Made by a program: the position numbers and the translations under genes
Source of the DNA: Candidatus Krumholzibacteriota bacterium
GTDB taxonomy: Bacteria > Krumholzibacteriota > Krumholzibacteriia > LZORAL124-64-63
Length of the DNA: 24,032 bases
Assembly (NCBI GenBank): GCA_039714075.1
Contig: JBDLKA010000053.1
Span: 1-24,032, forward strand
Direction: 5' to 3'
The notes under the pieces: generated by a model
Seen by the model: the letters and a program-made list of their open reading frames with translations, nothing else
The model's database searches: none
What the model was told of the DNA's origin: nothing
Part shown: in pieces, positions 19,026 through 24,032 of the stretch
How the letters are laid out: each line of letters opens with the position of its first letter
Numbering within the stretch: the first letter of the stretch is position 1

Positions 19026-19559
19026 ATGACGATGTCCCGACCAACATCAACCGATCTGGCCTTTCGCGGGCTGGTCGACCGATACCTGGAGCGGGTCTAT
19101 CGTTATCTGCGCAATCTCACCCGCGACGAAGATTCGGCCAGGGAATTGGCTCACGAGACATTCCTGAATCTTCGCCGCCGTCTCGAGACGGGTGAAACCC
19201 CTTCCGAAGCCTACGTGTTCACCGCCGCGCGCAACGCGGCGCTTTCGGCCTGGCGCCGCCGGCAGAACGACAACCGCAAGCACGAGCTGGCGTCGGTCGA
19301 ACGGCCGGCCGGCAACCCGGCGAACTCGCCGACCTTCGAAACCGAACGCAAGGAGTTGCGCACGGCCCTGGAGGACGCTCTGGGAACCCTGCCCGAGGAG
19401 CAACGCTCGGTCTTCCTGCTTTCGGAAATCGAGGGACTGAAATACGGGGAGATCGCCGAGGCGATGGGAATTCCCGCAGGAACGGTGGCCTCGCGCAAGC
19501 ACCAGGCCGGACGGGCCCTGCGCGAAGAACTGGAAAGGATGGGTCATGCGTTGCCCTGA
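19026..19559 (+). CDS. ECF RNA polymerase sigma factor
   Basis: Region 2 (YLERVYRYL...ELAHETFL...ARN) and region 4 (LPEEQRSVFLL...GLKYGEIAEAMGIPAGTVASR); ~177 aa. Confidence 0.92.
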   Translation: MTMSRPTSTDLAFRGLVDRYLERVYRYLRNLTRDEDSARELAHETFLNLRRRLETGETPSEAYVFTAARNAALSAWRRRQNDNRKHELASVERPAGNPANSPTFETERKELRTALEDALGTLPEEQRSVFLLSEIEGLKYGEIAEAMGIPAGTVASRKHQAGRALREELERMGHALP

Positions 19560-20025
19560 GTTTCGCGAAGTCATGCGGTCGTTTCTGGACGGCGAGGTGG
19601 ACGAAGAGACACGCAAAACGGCCGTGTTTCATCTGGCCGAATGTGCCGACTGCGCCGCCCGGATTGAAGACAAACATTTCTGGGACGACGCCATCCGCAC
19701 GCACCTGGACCACGAACTGCCCGCCGGACTGCGCGAAGACATCCTGGGCGATCTGGACCATCTGAGCGGACGCGACCAATGGCGCGTGGTCTGGTGGGTC
19801 ATCCGGCGGGACCTTTCTAGGCCCAGGCAGTTGCTGCAAACCGCCGCGGTGGCCGCGGTGTTAATCCTGGCCGTGACCTACCTGCCGGTCTTCCGTTCGA
19901 ACGATGAACACAACGGGGCTTTCGAGCACGCGGGTCCCATCGTTCAGGTCGGTGAAGAGACGGCGAGGCAACCTGGAGAACCCGAACCCACCGCCCGGCT
20001 CACGCTGTCCGGGCGTATGATATAA
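19546..20025 (+). CDS. Zinc-binding (zf-HC2/ZAS) membrane anti-sigma factor
   Basis: MRC...FLDGE...HLAECADC (C-x25-HxxxCxxC), one TM helix (TAAVAAVLILAVTYL); overlaps the sigma stop. Confidence 0.88.
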   Translation: MRCPEFREVMRSFLDGEVDEETRKTAVFHLAECADCAARIEDKHFWDDAIRTHLDHELPAGLREDILGDLDHLSGRDQWRVVWWVIRRDLSRPRQLLQTAAVAAVLILAVTYLPVFRSNDEHNGAFEHAGPIVQVGEETARQPGEPEPTARLTLSGRMI

Positions 20026-20037
20026 GGAGGCGAAGTC

Positions 20038-20802
20038 ATGTTCCATCGCACCCTGATTTCCTGCCTGGCGATCGTGCTGGTCGCCGGCGCGGCCGGCGCG
20101 GCCGAACCCGTCGAGGTCCTGCTCAAGGGACACGACGAATCACTGACCGGATACTTGCGCCAGATCAGCGACGCCCGGTTCCTGCTGCAGGGCGACAACG
20201 TCTATCATGAATTCCCGGGCAACCAGATCGTCACGGTCGACGGTTCGGACGATATCCCGCAGTCGGTCCGGGGCAACGGCCGGCTCATTTTCTCCAGCTT
20301 CTACGAAAAAATCCTGCCCGGCGGCGACGTCGAGGTCTGGTCCCACAACCAGGTCACGAACGACGGCGTACAGGTCCTGACGGGCACCGACTGGGGCGCG
20401 GCCGCCTGGGAAGAGGAGCAGATCCGCACCATGGAGGTCTATGACAGCTTCAACCACAAGTTGCCGATGATGATCGTTCCACGCGGCGACGGAGGCTTCA
20501 CGGTGAAGGTGGACTTCATTGTTCCGGTGGCGCCGCGGGAGTCGCTGGGTCTGACCCTGAAGACGATCCGCAAGGGCCAGGCGCGTCGCACCGGCGACAC
20601 CTGGAGCTACACCTTCAACATCGATTTCAACGAAGACCGGTACATGACCCGGAAAATCGAACTGCCCGCGGGGGCGGAGATCGAAAAGACCTACGCCTGG
20701 TGCCGGAAGTTCGATATCGAAGGGCGGACGATCCTGATTTCGCAACGGTACTATCCCGCCCGGACCGCCGATCCGCTGACCGTGGTCTACAAGCTTCCCT
20801 GA
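20038..20802 (+). CDS. Secreted hypothetical protein, third gene of the ECF operon
   Basis: AAGGAGG RBS, signal peptide ending AGA, GC3-rich codons, beta-rich; no family recognised. Confidence 0.75.
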   Translation: MFHRTLISCLAIVLVAGAAGAAEPVEVLLKGHDESLTGYLRQISDARFLLQGDNVYHEFPGNQIVTVDGSDDIPQSVRGNGRLIFSSFYEKILPGGDVEVWSHNQVTNDGVQVLTGTDWGAAAWEEEQIRTMEVYDSFNHKLPMMIVPRGDGGFTVKVDFIVPVAPRESLGLTLKTIRKGQARRTGDTWSYTFNIDFNEDRYMTRKIELPAGAEIEKTYAWCRKFDIEGRTILISQRYYPARTADPLTVVYKLP

Positions 20803-20816
20803 AATTCGCCGCTGCC

Positions 20817-20838
20817 GAGGGCCCCCCGGGGGGCCCTC
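20817..20838. terminator. Perfect 22-bp GC palindrome at a convergent gene junction (possible terminator or stability hairpin)
   Basis: GAGGGCCCCCCGGGGGGCCCTC is its own reverse complement; no clear U-tract. Confidence 0.45.
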
Positions 20839-22897
20839 AACGCAGCAGTGTCAGCTTGCTGATGGCGGAAAACCCGCCGGCCCGAATTCTCGCCAGGTAA
20901 AGACCCGAAGGCAGGGCGCGGCCGGTGTCGTCGTTGCCATCCCATACCGCCAGCCCCGCCCCTTTTTCATGCTTTTGACCGGTGATCAACCGCCTGACCA
21001 GGCGGCCCCGGGCGTCGTGTATGTCCAGGCTCACGCGCCCCGTTGCCGGCAATTCAAAATGGATTTCGGTCCGCGGGTTGAAGGGATTGGGCCGGGCCTC
21101 CAGCCTCAGGTTGTTCGCGGCGCCGGGCAGATCTTCCACCGGCGCGGGATTCAACAGCAGTTCGTCGATGACCGCGGTCATCGCTTCGGGATCGTATTCG
21201 GTGCCGAAGTAGGCCACGCGCCCGCCCTGGTCGATCACGTAATCCAGCGGGAAGGGCGAAGTGGCGCCGGTCTGCCGGTACAGGTTGTAGGTCGCCTGCG
21301 TGTCCAGAAGGATGGGAAAGCTGACCTGGAACGCATCCAGGAAAATTTGCAGATCGGGGTCCGAGCTGCCCTGATCGTAAAGGCCCAGCACGGCCACATC
21401 GGTCTCGCTGTACTGCTGCCTGATCGCCGACTCGAGGTCCGAAAACTCCGGACCGCAAACAGGTCACCAGTTTGCGAAAAACGCCATGACCACCACCCTG
21501 CCGTAGTAGCTGGACAGCTTTTGCCGGGCGCCGTCGGTGTCGAAGTGGATGAATTCCGGGGCGACCTCGCCCAAGGCCAAAAGGGACGGACTGTCGTCGG
21601 CCTGGACTGGGAACGTGATTGATGATTCGTCGGTGTCGTCGGAAGTGATCTTGATGAAGGTGGCGTCGTAACCGGCCACCGGGTGGCTGAACCGGAGTCC
21701 CACATCGACGGTCCCGCCGACCGGAATGGCGAAGGGGCCGGGGTCCAGGACCGTGAAGTTGGCGCCGAAATCCTCGATCAGGGAAATGTTGACCGGCCCG
21801 CCACCCGTATTGCCGATGGTAAATGTTGTGTCGACCGTGGCCCCGACGGGCACGTTGCCGAAGTTGATCGATTCGACGGTCACCTGGATGTCGCCAAGGG
21901 TGGTGGGTCCGGGGCGATAGAGACGGAACCGCGACCAGTCGGCCACCGCCACCAGGCCCAGCCGCGCGTCGAGTCCCATGGCGCGCACGGGCGTGTCTTC
22001 GCCCCCGGCGGGAACCGGCAGGGCGGGGTTGCTGATGTCGAATGCCTCCACATCGTCCCAATCGGCGACGTAGACGATGTTCCCTGCGATTGCCGCGGTG
22101 ATGGCCAGTCCCGATGTGTTGATCGAGCTGACGAGTACCGGGGCAGTGGGGGTGGCAAGATCGAAGATGTCGATGCCCGCGCTGCCGCTGCAGACCACGG
22201 CGGTCGATCCTTTCACGACCACGTCAACGGCCGATCCAGAGGTGGGGAAACTGTTCAGATGCACCGGCTGTCCGGGGCTGGACACGTCTATCACGGCCAG
22301 GCCGCCGGCACCATCGGCCACGTAGGCGTATGATCCGTCCAGGGCCACGTCCCACGAGTTGACCAAAGTGGTAACTTCAGCGTCGGAAACCGGCACCAGC
22401 GGATTGGCGATGTTGACGATCTCCAACCCCTGATCGTGGCGGCAGGCATATATATAGTCACCCTGCATCTCGGCGCCCTCGTACGACGTTCCCAACGTTC
22501 CGTGCAGGGACAGGAACAGGGGCGCCGACGGGACGCTCACGTCAATGATAGCCAGCCGATCTTCCCGCGCCCCGCCGCAGGCCAAGCCGCCGCTGACGGC
22601 GCCGCGGTAGTACCTGTTGTAGGGGTGCCCGGGTGGTTCGTAGCGCCCCACCTCGACCGGAAAGTCGGGATTGCTAATATCGAAGATGGCCAGACCGCCG
22701 ACGCCGAACACGTAGGCGAAGTTTCCGGCCAATTCCACATCCTGGAGTTCGGCGAACCATGGTGGAGAGTATTGGCCGGCGTCTTCCAGTTGGTCGTCCT
22801 GGTCGATGGGGATTTGGGCCGCGCCCGGGTTTGAACCCAGGAAGGCGATTAGGCCGAGGATCAGAGCAAGGGAAAACCGGAAAGGTGTGCGGAACAT
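20837..22897 (-). CDS. Predicted secreted multidomain selenoprotein (686 aa, Sec478): LVIVD propeller + ASH/choice-of-anchor-D-like Ig + TlpA-like redoxin (UPVC) + FlgD-Ig sorting domain
   Basis: ORFs 21464..22897 and 20837..21397 are in frame and joined by TGA plus 22 sense codons (MAFFANW*PVCGPEFSDLESAIRQQYSETDVAVLGL). The TGA aligns with the first Cys of the neighbouring FFTTWCPGC; the redoxin fold continues to cis-Pro 'PFPLDYVID'; a hairpin follows the TGA; GGAGG RBS. Confidence 0.88.
21436..21466 (-). promoter_or_regulatory. UGA-Sec codon and bacterial SECIS-like stem-loop
   Basis: mRNA UGA-CCUGUUUGC-GGUCCG-GAGUUUU-CGGACC: 6 Watson-Crick pairs (extendable by G-U and A-U); the apical loop starts with G about 15-17 nt after the UGA. 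Confidence 0.75.
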
Positions 22898-22947
22898 GAA
22901 AGTCCTCCGCTTGGATACCGGAAAAATTTCGATTTGGGACCTGAATT

Positions 22948-22980
22948 GAGTATATGAAGGTTCAACGGGACGGCCAGGGG
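22948..22980 (-). promoter_or_regulatory. Conserved upstream motif copy 2 (CCCCTGGC-N9-GAACCTTCATATACTC on the minus strand)
   Basis: Matches 18876..18908 at 16+8 positions with identical spacing; 50 nt from the selenoprotein ATG. Confidence 0.75.
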
Positions 22981-23007
22981 GTGGGTTGGTCGGGTGTTAT
23001 CTCACGG

Positions 23008-23048
23008 TGATATCATTGAGTTTGCAGTGATAAAATGATATCATCATT
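23008..23048. repeat. AT-rich inverted repeat, possible regulator-binding site
   Basis: TGATATCATT-N16-AATGATATCA, each arm containing the palindrome TGATATCA; overlapping 7-1-7 near-palindrome AATGATA-T-CATCATT. Confidence 0.55.
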
Positions 23049-23171
23049 AACGGTTGGGGTTGTAGTTGGTTGAATTATTGGATTTTATGGGGGGATTGGG
23101 GTTTACGCGGAACTGGATATCCGCAGGAAGGCCTGCAGGGATATTTGATAGTCTAGACCTGCATATTTCAC

Positions 23172-23938
23172 GTTAGGCGGGCAAATGCTTTTAGTTACTT
23201 TTGGCACTCCAGCGGCTTAGATATGCTACACTTTTTAGTCGTCGAATACCCGAAGGGGGAACTCATGTCAGTTCGTATTCAACTCGTTATCTCAATAATA
23301 GCTCTCCTGTTGGCGCAATCGGCCGGGGCCGCTGAACTGTCCAATTCCAGCGCCCAGTTCGGGTTTGGTGTAATTTGGGTCACCGGAGGTAATGGCTGTA
23401 GTTGGGCATCAGATGAGACTCTCGACCCCATCTTTCAGGTCTCGAATGAGCTAGTTGGCGAATGCGGTTATCCCTGGGCGATAAACGCAAGCAGTTCGGG
23501 GCTTGAACTCGCCTATGACATTCCCGCCACACAGTATCCACCCACACTCATTAGACGTTATATTCAGTCTAGTTTGGGAACCTCGGTCGCATTTGAGCGT
23601 CGCCATCGAGTTTCCATCGCTACAAGTCTGATTGGCCAGTGGCGAAACCTGGAGTGCTCAGTTGTGGCTCGCGCTCAGGACGGAACCGAGAGTTCTTTCG
23701 TTGTTGCAAGCGAGGGTGAGCACATGGCCGACTGGGGTCTCGAACCAGGCGAGTATCAGTTTTTTTTAACCGCCGATGCAACTCAGGAACCGTTCGAATC
23801 AGTGGGCTCATTGTTAAGTGTTCATGGATTGCAGGCCAGTGTCCGTGTGACTTGGGAGGAGGATTCACCGTTGCCGGTCGAATACAGCCGGTGGGGAACA
23901 ATTAAGGCGCTCTACAGGTAGCGACTGGGCCGCCTAAC
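23172..23938 (+). mobile_element. Possible integron gene cassette (core and inverse-core sites around one ORF; attC not complete in window)
   Basis: GTTAGGC (GTTRRRY) at 23172 and GCCTAAC (RYYYAAC) at 23932, complementary over 9 bp (GTTAGGCGG/CCGCCTAAC); single ORF, visibly lower GC; no intI in the window. Confidence 0.45.
23265..23921 (+). CDS. Secreted hypothetical protein with C-terminal RWGTIKALYR tail
   Basis: AGGGGGA RBS before ATG 23265, signal peptide ending AGA, C-terminal motif shared with 18282..18824; many A/T-ending codons. Confidence 0.75.
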   Translation: MSVRIQLVISIIALLLAQSAGAAELSNSSAQFGFGVIWVTGGNGCSWASDETLDPIFQVSNELVGECGYPWAINASSSGLELAYDIPATQYPPTLIRRYIQSSLGTSVAFERRHRVSIATSLIGQWRNLECSVVARAQDGTESSFVVASEGEHMADWGLEPGEYQFFLTADATQEPFESVGSLLSVHGLQASVRVTWEEDSPLPVEYSRWGTIKALYR

Positions 23939-24032
23939 ACTTATGAGGACTCCCCTTGTCAACAGGGTATTCCTGTCCGATTCCGGTACATCGTAACCGA
24001 TTAATCAGCCATTACATGGAGCGCCCGCGCCC

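Noticed and set aside
20817..20839. Second Sec read-through at the terminal TGA followed by a hairpin
   Set aside because: The protein ends at the natural FlgD-Ig terminus (KLTLLR), the hairpin overlaps the stop rather than lying at SECIS spacing, and there is no redox motif
20837..21397. Stand-alone 186-aa gene with a GTG start
   Set aside because: Begins mid-thioredoxin fold with no signal peptide or clear RBS; better explained as the C-terminal part of the read-through selenoprotein
21464..21466. Nonsense pseudogene, or UGA reassigned to Trp/Gly
   Set aside because: Other genes here end normally at TGA (e.g. hflX, PilV-like, PilW-like), so the code is standard; the codon sits at the catalytic Cys position with a hairpin behind it and both halves look intact
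23939..24032. IS end or complete attC after GCCTAAC
   Set aside because: No partner inverted repeat, transposase or closing GTTRRRY is visible within the window
1..24032. CRISPR array, tRNA (including tRNA-Sec), rRNA, transposase or integrase
   Set aside because: No regularly spaced repeats, cloverleaf-like segments or recombinase motifs found by eye; intergenic spaces are short or otherwise explained

Overview
High-GC bacterial chromosomal window. The protein C-termini (a FlgD-Ig/PNPFNP domain and a short 'W-[SG]-x-I-K-A-L-Y' tail) suggest an FCB-related candidate phylum such as Krumholzibacteriota/Latescibacterota; this is an inference. Left to right: ABC-F ATPase + hflX; a sigma54-type promoter and a type IV minor-pilin cluster (FimT/FimU-, PilV-, PilW-, PilX-like, PilY1, a small secreted protein); a bidirectional terminator; three minus-strand envelope genes (GxQxGxxN-repeat protein, GT-C glycosyltransferase-TPR, phytase-like esterase lipoprotein); a YdeI/OmpD-associated gene bracketed by 13-bp direct repeats; two tandem paralogous lipoproteins and a PorV-like barrel; then a redox module. 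Main discovery: the ORFs 21464..22897 and 20837..21397 are one reading frame interrupted by a single TGA in the thioredoxin active site (FFANW-TGA-PVC, i.e. UxxC), followed by a SECIS-like hairpin. This predicts a 686-aa secreted selenoprotein (LVIVD propeller + Ig + TlpA-like redoxin + FlgD-Ig sorting domain). A Cys (CPGC) counterpart lies 2 kb away, both genes carry the same upstream motif at nearly the same distance from the start, and they flank an ECF sigma/zinc anti-sigma operon. The last gene has integron-cassette-like boundaries (GTTAGGCGG...CCGCCTAAC). No database searches were possible; family calls are from motif recognition.
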